A stretch of 57,393 nucleotides of DNA, taken from NCBI GenBank assembly GCA_007693685.1, contig REDB01000135.1:1-57393 (forward strand), read 5' to 3'. The stretch's first letter is position 1, and the number at the start of each line of letters is the position of its first letter. The position numbers and the translations under genes are program-made. The notes beneath the pieces are model-generated. The model worked only from the letters and a program-made list of their open reading frames with translations. It had not been told where the DNA came from and searched no databases. Source of the DNA: Oceanospirillales bacterium. GTDB lineage: Bacteria > Pseudomonadota > Gammaproteobacteria > Pseudomonadales > Balneatricaceae. Positions 1 through 10,316 of the stretch are shown piece by piece.

Positions 1-502
1 CTTCACGGTTACCGCCTTGTGCAAAACCACAACCTAATAGCGCTTGATGAAGTTGTTTGGTGCCGCTCACGCGAAGACGTCGACCATTCAACTGTGCACC
101 ATTACCGCGACTCGCAGTAAATTCTTCGCCAGTGACTGGATTGATTACAACGCAGTGTTCGATTTTACCATTCATGCGTGCAGTCATACTAAGCGCATAA
201 ACAGGTAAGCCGTTAGAGAAGTTAATTAAGCTATCAACGGGCGTAATTTGCCAATCACAGGCTGTAGGACCTTCGCCAATCGCCTTATAAGCACCACTAA
301 AAGCACCTTTAAGTGTATGGTGGGGATAGGCTTTTTGAATTGACTGAGCGATAGTGCGCTCAACCTGCGAGCAAGTTTCAGTGATAAATTCAGCCGCACT
401 GGACTGTTCGGATTTAATCAGATCAAGGCGTTCTGCCGCGCGGGCAATCTGTTCTCCGCCAAGGCGGGCAGCACGAAGTGCGATATTAACTATCGGTTGC
501 AT
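1..502 (-). CDS. suhB: Inositol monophosphatase family / Nus factor SuhB (3' end outside window; catalytic motifs degenerate)
   Basis: Not in the ORF track. Hand translation from ATG 502: MQPIVNIALRAARLGGEQIARAAERLDLIK...AYPHHTLKGAFSG...WQITPVDSLINFSNGLP...NPVTGEEFTASRGNGAQLNGRRLRVS. SuhB-like N-terminus and EEFTASRG..A.LNGRRLRVS motif; divergent from trmJ as is usual for suhB. Confidence 0.9.
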   Translation of the reverse strand, partial: MQPIVNIALRAARLGGEQIARAAERLDLIKSEQSSAAEFITETCSQVERTIAQSIQKAYPHHTLKGAFSGAYKAIGEGPTACDWQITPVDSLINFSNGLPVYALSMTARMNGKIEHCVVINPVTGEEFTASRGNGAQLNGRRLRVSGTKQLHQALLGCGFAQGGNRE

Positions 503-521
503 CAGGTTAAGCGTCCAAAAA

Positions 522-533
522 TGTTCAAGAGCA
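522..533 (-). promoter_or_regulatory. boxA-like element in the suhB leader
   Basis: Minus strand TGCTCTTGAACA, one mismatch to rrn boxA TGCTCTTTAACA, 19 nt upstream of the suhB ATG. Confidence 0.7.
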
Positions 534-541
534 AAAAATCT

Positions 542-570
542 ATTATACGTTAGAGGCGCTCTGTTATCTA
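542..570 (-). promoter_or_regulatory. sigma70-type promoter of suhB
   Basis: Minus strand TAGATA (570-565), 17-nt spacer, perfect TATAAT (547-542). Confidence 0.65.
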
Positions 571-729
571 TTGAAGCAGGTCTTTTTCCTTCGTATCTGT
601 TACTATATTCGCCTTAATTTTTCAGGGTTAGCTGTTTAACTTTTGTTTAGTGAGTTGTTTTGTTAGTCATTTTAATCGATGTTTGATAGCAATTTGTTTT
701 TTAACTAGGTTGTCAGGAAGAGTTTAATC

Positions 730-1530
730 ATGTTGGATCAGATACGCATAGTCATGATTCAAACCACCCATCCGGGTAATATCGGAGCCGTAGCAAGGGC
801 AATGAAGAATATGGGTCTTAATGACCTTTGTATTGTATCGCCTAAGCGATTTCCCGATCCGGAAGCAGATGCGCGTGCCTCAGGTGCTACCGATATACTG
901 GAATCTGCAAAGGTGGTTTCTTCCTTAGATGAAGCACTTGAAGATTGTCATTTTGTTGTCGGAACCAGTGCTCGTGGTCGACACATCCCATGGCCAATCA
1001 CTTCTCCCAGAGAGATGGCGTCAGTAGCGGTAAACTTACAACCTGGAAAAAGAATGGCGATTCTTTTTGGTCGTGAAGATCGTGGGTTAACCAATGATGA
1101 ATTACATCGTTGCCATCATCATGTACATATTCCAACCAATCCCGATTTTAGCTCATTAAATGTAGCAGCGGCCGTGCAAGTCATTGCCTATGAGTTACGA
1201 GTTGCGAGTTTAGAAAGCGCCTCCATAACGGCTCCTCAATGGGGTACTGACTGGGATATTGATTTGGCGGATGCTCGAGAGGTTGAGCTAATGTTTGAGC
1301 ATCTCGAAAAAACCCTGGTTCAGGTTGATTTTTTAGATCCTAATAATCCTAGGCAGCTAATGACACGCTTAAGACGTCTTTTCTTAAGATCAGTACCTGA
1401 TAAGGTGGAAATTAATGTTATGCGTGGTTTTTTGACAGCCATTAATAAAGCTACATCCTCTGCGATGCAAAAACCAACCCTCTTAAATGATCAACACCCG
1501 CCATCCGATAAGGAGAAACCGCATGTTTGA
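730..1530 (+). CDS. trmJ: tRNA (C32/U32-2'-O)-methyltransferase TrmJ
   Basis: [30 protein letters not shown] and [15 protein letters not shown] motifs; suhB-trmJ-cysE-iscR synteny. Confidence 0.95.
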   Translation: MLDQIRIVMIQTTHPGNIGAVARAMKNMGLNDLCIVSPKRFPDPEADARASGATDILESAKVVSSLDEALEDCHFVVGTSARGRHIPWPITSPREMASVAVNLQPGKRMAILFGREDRGLTNDELHRCHHHVHIPTNPDFSSLNVAAAVQVIAYELRVASLESASITAPQWGTDWDIDLADAREVELMFEHLEKTLVQVDFLDPNNPRQLMTRLRRLFLRSVPDKVEINVMRGFLTAINKATSSAMQKPTLLNDQHPPSDKEKPHV

Positions 1531-2302
1531 TCGAATTCGTGAAGATGTTCGCTCGGTCTTTGATCGTGATCCAGCTGCTCGTAATTTTTTAGAGGTGATC
1601 ACGAACTATCCCGGTTTGCATGCGATATGGTGGCATCGCTTGGCACATGCATTATGGAAGCGAAATTTTAAATGGTTAGCGAGAGTAATCTCCAATTTTG
1701 CTCGCTGGATGACAGGTATCGAAATTCATCCGGGAGCGCAACTGGGTAGACGCTTTTTTATCGATCACGGTATGGGTGTTGTGATAGGTGAAACGGCAGA
1801 GGTTGGGGATGATGTGACCATTTACCAAGGGGTGACCTTAGGGGGAACTAGCTGGAACAAAGGTAAGCGTCATCCAACTTTGGAAAATAATGTCATTGTG
1901 GGTGCAGGCGCCAAAATACTGGGCCCATTTACGGTAGGAGCTGGCGCAAAAGTTGGCTCTAATGCGGTGGTTACCAAAGCGGTACCTGCAGGTGCAACGG
2001 TAGTTGGAATTCCTGGACGAATTGTTCGTAAAGCTGAAGATGATCCCGAGTTTAGTGATGCACAGCGTCGTGAAATGGCGGATAAAGTAGGTTTTGATGC
2101 TTATGGTGTCAGCAGTGAAGTGTCTGACCCAGTTGCTCATGCAATAGGTTGCATGTTGGATCATCTTCAAGCGATGGATAAGCGTATGGATAAGATGGGC
2201 AGCGTACTATGCGAATTACGCCCTGAATATTGTGATGAGCAATTACCTGAGTTGAAAAAAGAAGACTTTGAGGGTGCGGTAGAAGAGGATCATCAGCGTT
2301 AA
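1523..2302 (+). CDS. cysE: Serine O-acetyltransferase
   Basis: [35 protein letters not shown] and hexapeptide repeats; start moved to ATG 1523 (AGGAG at 1511). Confidence 0.95.
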   Translation: MFDRIREDVRSVFDRDPAARNFLEVITNYPGLHAIWWHRLAHALWKRNFKWLARVISNFARWMTGIEIHPGAQLGRRFFIDHGMGVVIGETAEVGDDVTIYQGVTLGGTSWNKGKRHPTLENNVIVGAGAKILGPFTVGAGAKVGSNAVVTKAVPAGATVVGIPGRIVRKAEDDPEFSDAQRREMADKVGFDAYGVSSEVSDPVAHAIGCMLDHLQAMDKRMDKMGSVLCELRPEYCDEQLPELKKEDFEGAVEEDHQR

Positions 2303-2330
2303 CCTAAAATGCATTAATTCGAGTGATCTA

Positions 2331-2388
2331 AAAGCTGACTAAAATAGTAGGATAAATAGTTGACTAAAACTGTTGGTTTTAGCATAAT
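2331..2388 (+). promoter_or_regulatory. Two tandem type-1 IscR sites overlapping the iscR promoter
   Basis: AAAGCTGACTAAAATAGTAGGATAA (2331-2355) and ATAGTTGACTAAAACTGTTGGTTTT (2356-2380) resemble the tandem E. coli iscR operator; -35 TTGACT 2360-2365, 17-nt spacer, -10 CATAAT 2383-2388. Confidence 0.8.
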
Positions 2389-2422
2389 CCTTACAGAATG
2401 TAAGCTATGAGAGAGGTCGATT

Positions 2423-2908
2423 ATGCGGTTAACAACGAAAGGACGTTATGCAGTGACAGCCATGTTGGATTTGGCGCTGCATGAAGGTAAAGGCCCAATA
2501 AGTTTGGCAGATATCTCTGAAAGACAGGGTATTTCGCTATCTTATTTAGAACAATTATTTGCAAAGCTACGTCGTAATCAACTGGTTGCCAGCGTGCGCG
2601 GACCCGGTGGTGGTTATCAATTGAATCGCCCTAAGGCAGAGATTGATGTTGCTGAGGTTATCGATGCGGTCAACGAAAATGTTGACGCGACAGGGTGCAA
2701 TAGGCGTGGTGATTGCCAATCCGGTGAGGTCTGCTTAACACATCATTTGTGGTGTGATTTGAGTGATCAGATTCATACCTTTTTAAGTGGTATTACACTT
2801 GCGGATTTGGTTGAACGTAAAGATGTTAAAGAAGTGTCCAGTCGCCAAGAATCGCGTCAATCAGGGAAAATGATTGCCTCAGATATTCGAGCGGCAAGCG
2901 GACTTTAA
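2423..2908 (+). CDS. iscR: Fe-S cluster regulator IscR
   Basis: [35 protein letters not shown]; C-x5-C-x5-C-x2-H ligands present. Confidence 0.97.
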   Translation: MRLTTKGRYAVTAMLDLALHEGKGPISLADISERQGISLSYLEQLFAKLRRNQLVASVRGPGGGYQLNRPKAEIDVAEVIDAVNENVDATGCNRRGDCQSGEVCLTHHLWCDLSDQIHTFLSGITLADLVERKDVKEVSSRQESRQSGKMIASDIRAASGL

Positions 2909-2926
2909 GTAAACAATGGCGGTGTG

Positions 2927-4090
2927 ATGAGAAAACCAATTTATTTAGATTATGCGGCATCAACTCCGGTCGATCCTCGTGTAGCTGAAAAAATGATGGC
3001 TTGTTTGACAATGGACGGTAACTTTGCGAATCCAGCGTCACGATCACACCTCTATGGATGGAAAGCTGAAGAAGCAGTAGAAACTGCTAGACAGCAAGTT
3101 GCAGAGCTGGTGAACGCTGATCCTCGTGAGATCGTGTGGACATCTGGCGCCACTGAGTCTAACAACTTGGCGTTAAAGGGTGCTGCACATCACTATCGCA
3201 GAAAAGGACAGCATTTGATCAGCTCGATGATCGAGCATAAAGCGGTTATTGATACGCTTAAGCAGCTTGAATCTGAAGGTTATGAGATCACTTGGTTGAA
3301 GCCTAATGCAGAGGGTTTCATTGAACCCTCCCAGGTTGCTGATGCGATTCGTGCAGATACCTTGCTAGTCAGCTTGATGCAGGTAAATAACGAGATTGGC
3401 ACTATCAACGCTATACAGGATATCGGTGAGATCTGTCATCAACACGATGTTTTATTACATGTTGATGCGGCACAAAGCTTTGGCAAGTTGCCTATAGACC
3501 TTCAACGATTACCTGTCGATTTGATGTCTTTTTCAGCACATAAAATTTATGGGCCTAAAGGTGTTGGTGCGCTTTATGTTCGTCAGCAGCCTCGCATTCG
3601 TTTAGAAGCACAAATACATGGTGGTGGTCATGAACGTGGAATGCGTTCAGGCACTTTGGCAACGCATCAGTTGGTGGGCATGGGTGAGGCAGCAAGTCTG
3701 GCTGCGGCACTGATGGAAGAAGAAGCTGAACGTATTAGCTCGCTACGTCAACGTTTCATGGACAGGGTATTGGATCTGCCCTATGTGCAGGTTAACGGTT
3801 CAATGCAACAGCGTATTGATGGGATTTTAAATCTCGCAGTGTCCGGTGTTGAAGGTGAGTTCTTGTTAATGGCTCTTAAGGATATCGCCATTTCTACAGG
3901 TTCTGCATGTACCTCTGCTAGCGTTGAGCCCAGTTATGTATTGAAAGCTTTAGGTTTGTCAGATGCCCTAGCTCATGCATCCTTGCGTATAAGTTTTGGC
4001 CGTTTCACGACCCTAGAAGAGGTAGAAGTTGCCGCTTCACATTTTCGTCAGGTGGTCAGTCAATTAGCAGGCGTTCCCGCCACCGCATAA
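2927..4090 (+). CDS. iscS: Group I cysteine desulfurase IscS (alternative start GTG 2924)
   Basis: [48 protein letters not shown]. Confidence 0.92.
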   Translation: MRKPIYLDYAASTPVDPRVAEKMMACLTMDGNFANPASRSHLYGWKAEEAVETARQQVAELVNADPREIVWTSGATESNNLALKGAAHHYRRKGQHLISSMIEHKAVIDTLKQLESEGYEITWLKPNAEGFIEPSQVADAIRADTLLVSLMQVNNEIGTINAIQDIGEICHQHDVLLHVDAAQSFGKLPIDLQRLPVDLMSFSAHKIYGPKGVGALYVRQQPRIRLEAQIHGGGHERGMRSGTLATHQLVGMGEAASLAAALMEEEAERISSLRQRFMDRVLDLPYVQVNGSMQQRIDGILNLAVSGVEGEFLLMALKDIAISTGSACTSASVEPSYVLKALGLSDALAHASLRISFGRFTTLEEVEVAASHFRQVVSQLAGVPATA

Positions 4091-4111
4091 AGAGTAATCA
4101 GAAGGTGACTT

Positions 4112-5548
4112 ATGTCTGAACAGGTTGAACAGTTAATTAGAAAAGAGTACGCGGCAGGTTTTCATACTGATATAGAGTCTGAAACGCTTCCTCCTGGACT
4201 GAACGAGGATGTCATCCGCTTTATCTCTGCCAAGAAAAATGAACCTGAATGGATGCTCGAATGGCGATTGAAAGCCTATAAAATTTGGTTGACGATGGAA
4301 GAACCAGAATGGGCGCATGTTCACTATCCAGAGATAGATTTCCAATCTATATCTTACTTTTCTGCGCCTAAAAGTTATGAAGATCGACCAAAAAGCTTAG
4401 ATGAAGTTGATCCCGATTTGATCGAAACTTATAACAAGCTAGGTATCCCTCTTCATGAACAGGAGATGCTGGCAGGTGTGGCAGTTGATGCCGTGTTTGA
4501 CTCTGTATCGGTGGTAACGACCTATCGTGCCAAGCTAGAAGAAGCAGGCGTTATTTTTTGCCCAATCAGTGAAGCAGTGCATCGTTTTCCTGACTTGGTT
4601 AAAAAATACCTCGGTAGTGTTGTACCGCAGCGAGATAATTATTACTCCGCGTTGAACTGCGCAGTTTTTTCTGATGGCTCATTTGTATACATCCCCAAAG
4701 GTGTGCGTTGCCCTATGGAACTGTCCACTTATTTCCGTATCAACGAGATGAATACGGGACAGTTTGAGCGTACTTTGATCATCGCAGATGAGGGTTCACA
4801 CGTTAGCTATCTCGAGGGTTGTACCGCACCTCAGCGTGATGAAAACCAGCTTCATGCTGCCGTCGTTGAGCTAATTGCCCTAGATAACGCTGAAATTAAG
4901 TATTCAACCGTACAGAACTGGTATCCCGGTGATGAAAACGGTAAAGGTGGTATTTATAACTTCGTGACTAAACGTGGTATTTGCCATACCCGAGCTAAAA
5001 TCTCCTGGACTCAGGTAGAAACCGGTTCTGCGGTGACGTGGAAATATCCTAGTTGCATCTTGAAAGGTGATCACAGTATCGGTGAGTTCTATTCAGTGGC
5101 GCTGACCAATAATCATCAGCAAGCTGATACCGGTACCAAGATGATCCATTTAGGTAAAAATACTAAATCGACCATCATTTCTAAGGGTATCTCAGCGGGT
5201 AAAAGTCAAAACGCTTATCGCGGTTTGGTTCGTATGGGATCTTCTGCTGCCGGTGCGCGTAATTATACCCAATGCGACTCTTTGCTGATTGGTGATCGAT
5301 GTGGAGCGCACACTTTCCCTTATATCGAGAGCGCTCATCCTTCGGCAATTGTCGAACATGAAGCAACCACCTCGAAAGTCAGCGACGACCAGATGTTCCT
5401 ATGTCAACAGCGCGGCCTAGATCCCGAAAAAGCTGTCTCTATGATCGTGAATGGCTTCTGTCGTGAGGTGTTTAAGCAGTTGCCGATGGAGTTTGCGGTA
5501 GAAGCCGGCAAGTTGCTTGAAGTCAGTCTCGAAGGTTCCGTAGGTTAA
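4112..5548 (+). CDS. sufB: Fe-S assembly protein SufB
   Basis: [47 protein letters not shown]. Confidence 0.97.
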   Translation: MSEQVEQLIRKEYAAGFHTDIESETLPPGLNEDVIRFISAKKNEPEWMLEWRLKAYKIWLTMEEPEWAHVHYPEIDFQSISYFSAPKSYEDRPKSLDEVDPDLIETYNKLGIPLHEQEMLAGVAVDAVFDSVSVVTTYRAKLEEAGVIFCPISEAVHRFPDLVKKYLGSVVPQRDNYYSALNCAVFSDGSFVYIPKGVRCPMELSTYFRINEMNTGQFERTLIIADEGSHVSYLEGCTAPQRDENQLHAAVVELIALDNAEIKYSTVQNWYPGDENGKGGIYNFVTKRGICHTRAKISWTQVETGSAVTWKYPSCILKGDHSIGEFYSVALTNNHQQADTGTKMIHLGKNTKSTIISKGISAGKSQNAYRGLVRMGSSAAGARNYTQCDSLLIGDRCGAHTFPYIESAHPSAIVEHEATTSKVSDDQMFLCQQRGLDPEKAVSMIVNGFCREVFKQLPMEFAVEAGKLLEVSLEGSVG

Positions 5549-5587
5549 TTCCTGCGAGTGCGAATTTTGCGAATTTTGGAATAGATT

Positions 5588-6337
5588 ATGTTAACAATTA
5601 AAGATTTGTGTGCCTCAGTAGAAGATAAAGAGATCATTCGCCAGCTTTCATTAGAAGTAAAGCCAGGTGAAATTCATGCCATCATGGGTCCAAATGGTGC
5701 GGGTAAAAGTACCTTAGGTAATGTGTTATCCGGTCGCCCAGGCTACGAAGCTACTTCTGGAACTATCGATTTCAAAGGCTTAGATCTATTAGATATGGAC
5801 CCAGAGATACGTGCTCGCGAAGGTTTGTTTTTAGCCTTTCAGTATCCAGTAGAAATTCCTGGTGTTAGTAATATGGAGCTGTTGAAGGCAGCCGTAGATG
5901 CACGTCGCAGCCATACAGGACAGCCAGAACTATCCGCCATCGATTTTATGAAGATGGCGCGCGAAGCTAGCAAAGCGGTTGATTTAGATCAGAGCTTCTT
6001 AAAGCGTGGCGTTAACGAAGGCTTCTCCGGTGGTGAGAAGAAGCGTAACGAAATCATGCAAATGATGCTAATGGAGCCATCTTTGTGCATCCTAGATGAA
6101 ACCGACTCAGGGTTAGATATCGATGCTTTGCAGGTGGTAGCACGTGGCGTAAATGCGATGCGTTCACCTGATCGTAGTTTTATTGTGGTTACCCATTATC
6201 AGCGCCTGTTAGATTTCATTGTGCCTGACTATGTTCATGTTTTGGCCAATGGACGTATCGTCAAATCAGGTGACAAATCACTGGCTTTAGAACTTGAAGC
6301 AAAAGGCTACAGCTGGCTCGAAGACGAGGTGGCGTAA
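5588..6337 (+). CDS. sufC: Fe-S assembly ATPase SufC
   Basis: GPNGAGKST, FQYPVEIPGV, NEGFSGGEKKRNE, LDETDSGLDIDAL. Confidence 0.97.
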   Translation: MLTIKDLCASVEDKEIIRQLSLEVKPGEIHAIMGPNGAGKSTLGNVLSGRPGYEATSGTIDFKGLDLLDMDPEIRAREGLFLAFQYPVEIPGVSNMELLKAAVDARRSHTGQPELSAIDFMKMAREASKAVDLDQSFLKRGVNEGFSGGEKKRNEIMQMMLMEPSLCILDETDSGLDIDALQVVARGVNAMRSPDRSFIVVTHYQRLLDFIVPDYVHVLANGRIVKSGDKSLALELEAKGYSWLEDEVA

Positions 6338-7647
6338 TGGCAGCTGAATTTCAACAACAAGCGATCGCTCTTGCTAAGCAGCAATCTGTTTTAGGTTGGT
6401 TAACTGCTGCCCGTGAACAGGGGCAAAGTGCATGGCAGTCTCATGCATGGCCGACTCGTAAAACAGAAGCTTGGCGATACACCTCTTTATTGCCGGTAGA
6501 AAATGAGCAATGGCAGTTAAGTGATGCTGCATCTGATGCATTACCCCAAACTGCTTTATCAGAATTGATCGAGATAGATGCTTACCGTTTGGTCTTTGTG
6601 AATGGTCAGCTTAACGCAGAATTATCCTCTGAATTACCGGCTACTCTGGTTTCATTCGCTGATGCTGATGCGGATCAGCAAGCTGTGATTCAGCAACATC
6701 TGAATCAAGTTGCAGACCAGCAAACGCATCTTTTTACAGCACTTAGTACCAGTTTATTGCAACAGGGTGTTTTGCTTCATCTGAGTAAAAATCAGCGTTT
6801 GGAAAAGCCGGTTTATGTAGCTCATATCAATGACAAGGCAAATGCTAAGGTAACCAATGCACGTCTATTAATAGTCTTGGAAAGTGGAGCTGAAGCACAG
6901 GTTGTTGAACACTTTTTTTCCACAGACGATCAAGATCGTGGTTGGATAAATGCAGTGACTGAATGCTCTGTGGGCGCTAATGCATCACTACGTCATCACC
7001 GGATTAATTTGGAATCTGAACAAGCCTTGCATACGGGTTCTGTTCATGTTGCGCTGGCGGAGAGTGCTCGATTTAATGGCTTTACATTGGCTAATGGTAG
7101 TCGTCTGAAGCGTATCGATTACCATATCAAACATTTGGGTAGCGGCTCTGATTTACAGCTTAATGGTATTTATCTTCCACGTCATAAACAACGTGTGGAT
7201 TACCATACTTGTGTTGAACATGTTGTGCCGCATTGCACCACTACCGAGGTCTTTAGAGGTGTAATTGCAGACTCTGCGAAAGCGGTCTTCAATGGTCGTA
7301 TTCATATTCACCAAGATGCGCAAAAAACCTTGGCTGAGATGAGTAATCGTAACCTGCTGACATCTGATCAGGCACAAGTGAATACTAAGCCTGAACTGGA
7401 AATCTATGCTGATGATGTTCGCTGTGCGCACGGCGCTACTGTCAGTCAGTTAAATGATGAAGCGCTTTTCTACATGACCAGTCGTGGTATCTCAGAAGCG
7501 GAAGCTCGCGTGATGTTGAGTTTTGGTTTTGTTAACGAATTGGTTGAAGGTGTTGAACTGGAAGCGCTGAAGCAGTGGCTCAGACCTCGAATTGCACATA
7601 TGTTTGGCCAAACTGATCAGCTAACACGACATATTATCCATGAATAA
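6337..7647 (+). CDS. sufD: Fe-S assembly protein SufD
   Basis: PTRKTEAWRYT, AVFNGRI, KPELEIYADDVRCAHGAT. Confidence 0.95.
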   Translation: MAAEFQQQAIALAKQQSVLGWLTAAREQGQSAWQSHAWPTRKTEAWRYTSLLPVENEQWQLSDAASDALPQTALSELIEIDAYRLVFVNGQLNAELSSELPATLVSFADADADQQAVIQQHLNQVADQQTHLFTALSTSLLQQGVLLHLSKNQRLEKPVYVAHINDKANAKVTNARLLIVLESGAEAQVVEHFFSTDDQDRGWINAVTECSVGANASLRHHRINLESEQALHTGSVHVALAESARFNGFTLANGSRLKRIDYHIKHLGSGSDLQLNGIYLPRHKQRVDYHTCVEHVVPHCTTTEVFRGVIADSAKAVFNGRIHIHQDAQKTLAEMSNRNLLTSDQAQVNTKPELEIYADDVRCAHGATVSQLNDEALFYMTSRGISEAEARVMLSFGFVNELVEGVELEALKQWLRPRIAHMFGQTDQLTRHIIHE

Positions 7648-8893
7648 GGCAGTCGCGGTGACAGAGCAAATCAAACCCTTTGATGTGATGGCGGTGCGTC
7701 AAGATTTTCCTATTTTGCATCAGCAGGTGAATGGTCATCCGTTGGTCTATTTGGATAATGGCGCTACCACTCAGAAGCCCCAAGCAGTTATTGATGCCTT
7801 GGTGAACTTCTACACCTGTGATAACAGTAATGTTCATCGCGGTGCGCACACGCTTAGTGATCGAGCAACAGAGAAGTTTGAAAAAGCGCGTATCACCTTG
7901 GCTGAGTTTATTAACGCTCCTGAAGCTCGTGAAGTGATCTGGACACGTGGAACCACCGAAGGTATCAACCTAGTGGCTTATAGCTGGGGACGACAAAACC
8001 TAAAAGCAGGTGATCGAGTTTTGGTTTCCATGATGGAGCATCACTCAAATATCGTTCCTTGGCAGCTGGTTGCAGCTGAAAAAGGCGCGACGGTTGAACC
8101 TATTCCTGTCACAGAACTGGGTGAAATAGACTTAGATGCCTATGCATCCATGCTTGATGATCGCGTTAAAATGGTGTCTTTCGGACAAGTATCGAATGCC
8201 TTGGGAACGATTAATCCCGTAAAGCAAATGGCAGAGATGGCGCACGAGGTTGGTGCTCTTGTTCTTGTTGATGGCGCACAAGGTGTCGGTCATTGGATGG
8301 CTGATGTTCAGGCGCTAGGATGTGACTTCTATGTCTTTTCGGGGCATAAACTCTTTGGTCCTACCGGTATCGGTGTACTGTGGGGTAAAGCAGAACTCCT
8401 AGAAGCGATGCCACCTTGGCATGGTGGAGGCGAGATGATTGATAGTGTTAGCTTTGCTGGCACTACCTTTAATCGTATCCCCTTTAAGTTTGAAGCAGGT
8501 ACTCCGAATATTGCTGATGCGATTGCATTAGCCGCTGCTGTTGATTATTTGAATAGCATAGATAAAGCCGGTGCCATGGCACACGAAGAAGCCCTGATGC
8601 ATAGGGTTCAAGAACGTGCAGAAGCTTTTGAAGGCTTGCGCTTGGTGGGCTGTGCGCGTAATCGGGTTTGCGTCATGAGCTTTATTCTTGAAGGTATTCA
8701 TTCGGCTGATATTGGTATGCTGTTGGATCAACAGGGTATCGCAGTCCGTACGGGTAATCATTGTGCTCAACCCGTTATGGAGCATCTAGGGTTAGACGGT
8801 ACGGTGCGTGCTAGCTTTAGTTTTTATAACACGTTTGAAGAAATTGATCGTTTATTTGCTGGGCTTGAGAAGGCAAAAACCTTCTTGCTCTAA
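7640..8893 (+). CDS. sufS: Group II cysteine desulfurase SufS
   Basis: YLDNGATTQKP, MEHHSNIVPWQ, SGHKLFGPTG, FEAGTP, RTGNHCAQP. Confidence 0.93.
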   Translation: MNKAVAVTEQIKPFDVMAVRQDFPILHQQVNGHPLVYLDNGATTQKPQAVIDALVNFYTCDNSNVHRGAHTLSDRATEKFEKARITLAEFINAPEAREVIWTRGTTEGINLVAYSWGRQNLKAGDRVLVSMMEHHSNIVPWQLVAAEKGATVEPIPVTELGEIDLDAYASMLDDRVKMVSFGQVSNALGTINPVKQMAEMAHEVGALVLVDGAQGVGHWMADVQALGCDFYVFSGHKLFGPTGIGVLWGKAELLEAMPPWHGGGEMIDSVSFAGTTFNRIPFKFEAGTPNIADAIALAAAVDYLNSIDKAGAMAHEEALMHRVQERAEAFEGLRLVGCARNRVCVMSFILEGIHSADIGMLLDQQGIAVRTGNHCAQPVMEHLGLDGTVRASFSFYNTFEEIDRLFAGLEKAKTFLL

Positions 8894-8910
8894 TTGGTAG
8901 AGGTGAAAGC

Positions 8911-9270
8911 ATGTCAGTAGAAGCGTTTAATCCAGCAACACAAGCAGTAATTGTGTTGCCTAGTGCTTTGGAACATTTTCGTAAACAGCTAAATAGCCAG
9001 CCTAATGCCAGTGCTGTACGTATTAGTGTTAAGCCAAGTGGTTGTTCTGGCTATATGTATATCTTGGATCTTGTTGATAAAGCGGCTGAAGAAGATCTAA
9101 CCATGCATGTTGATGATCTGACTTTTTTAATAGATAAAGGCAGTTTACCGATTCTATCGGGTACTGAGATTGACTATGTTAAAGAAGGGATCAATCGTCA
9201 GGTAAAGTTTATTAATCCCAACGCAACCAGCGAGTGTGGTTGTGGTGAAAGTTTCACGGTGAATGACTAA
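8911..9270 (+). CDS. sufA: A-type Fe-S carrier (SufA/IscA family)
   Basis: SGCSGY and CGCGESF motifs; position in the suf operon. Confidence 0.85.
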   Translation: MSVEAFNPATQAVIVLPSALEHFRKQLNSQPNASAVRISVKPSGCSGYMYILDLVDKAAEEDLTMHVDDLTFLIDKGSLPILSGTEIDYVKEGINRQVKFINPNATSECGCGESFTVND

Positions 9271-9803
9271 TGGAAAGACGGATGGTAGTCACTCAAACTG
9301 AGTGCCCAGCACGCATTGTACCCGCAGGTACACCCGTGACGATTCCCAAGGATACCTTTGTGACGATTACTCAGTCATTAGGTGGAAACTATACCCTAAC
9401 CTGGAATGGCCAGATGGTTCGTGTCGATGGCACGGATGCGGCAGCTTTAGGTCTGCTACCAGAAAAGTTAACCTTTCCCGATCCTGAAACAGATGAAATT
9501 CTCGAAAGTCAGATCTGGGATGCGTTAAAAACCATTTATGATCCTGAAATTCCGGTGGATTTAGTCAACTTGGGCTTAATCTATGCGGTGAAAATTAATC
9601 AACAGGATAAGCGTGTTGATATTGATATGACACTGACCGCTCCCGGATGCGGAATGGGACCTGTTTTGGTCGGTGATGTGGAGTATCGCGTTGCTAAAGT
9701 ACCCAATGTAAAATCGGTCAAAGTCGATTTGATCTTTGATCCACCTTGGCAGCGCGATATGATGAGTGAAGAAGCGCAGCTAACCACAGGTATGTTCTAC
9801 TAA
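9270..9803 (+). CDS. sufT: Fe-S assembly protein SufT (DUF59)
   Basis: YDPEIPVDLVNLGL, MTLTAPGCGMG, PPW...MSEEA. Confidence 0.92.
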   Translation: MERRMVVTQTECPARIVPAGTPVTIPKDTFVTITQSLGGNYTLTWNGQMVRVDGTDAAALGLLPEKLTFPDPETDEILESQIWDALKTIYDPEIPVDLVNLGLIYAVKINQQDKRVDIDMTLTAPGCGMGPVLVGDVEYRVAKVPNVKSVKVDLIFDPPWQRDMMSEEAQLTTGMFY

Positions 9804-9861
9804 GCTGTTAAAATGAGTCTTACGAATAGACTTTCTAGTAAAACGGAATCATGACTAGCCT

Positions 9862-10293
9862 ATGAAAACCTTTGGCACAGATATTACCACTGACGATATA
9901 GTTGATAGTCTCGCTTTTTTCGATACATGGGAAGATCGTTATCGCTATATCATTGATCTAGGTAAAGAACTTCCACCTATGGAGGAGTCTTTGCAAACAG
10001 AAGAAAATCAGGTCAAAGGTTGCCAAAGTTTAGTCTGGTTATCCGAGCATTTAGAAAATGATCGTCTGTTTTTCGAAGCTGATAGCAATTCACATATCGT
10101 TAGAGGCTTGTTGGCAGTGGTGCTGGCTGCTTACAACGGTAAATCTGCTGCAGAGATTCAATCATTCAATATTGAAGATTATTTTGAACAACTTAATCTG
10201 ATCAAACATCTGAGTCCAAGTCGTGGTAATGGCTTAAAAGCGATGGTTGCACGAATTCGCGACACGGCATCACGTATTGCAGCGATGGCCTAG
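9862..10293 (+). CDS. sufE: Sulfur acceptor SufE
   Basis: WEDRYRYIIDLGK, VKGCQS, HLSPSRGNGL. Confidence 0.93.
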   Translation: MKTFGTDITTDDIVDSLAFFDTWEDRYRYIIDLGKELPPMEESLQTEENQVKGCQSLVWLSEHLENDRLFFEADSNSHIVRGLLAVVLAAYNGKSAAEIQSFNIEDYFEQLNLIKHLSPSRGNGLKAMVARIRDTASRIAAMA

Positions 10294-10316
10294 TTAATTC
10301 GCTGATATGATAAGCT

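Noticed and set aside
354-617. 87-aa plus-strand ORF
   Set aside because: Antisense shadow of suhB and its promoter; no recognisable motif
8745-8773. SufS RTGNHC instead of RxGHHC
   Set aside because: Catalytic Cys and PLP Lys are retained; a single substitution is not evidence of changed function
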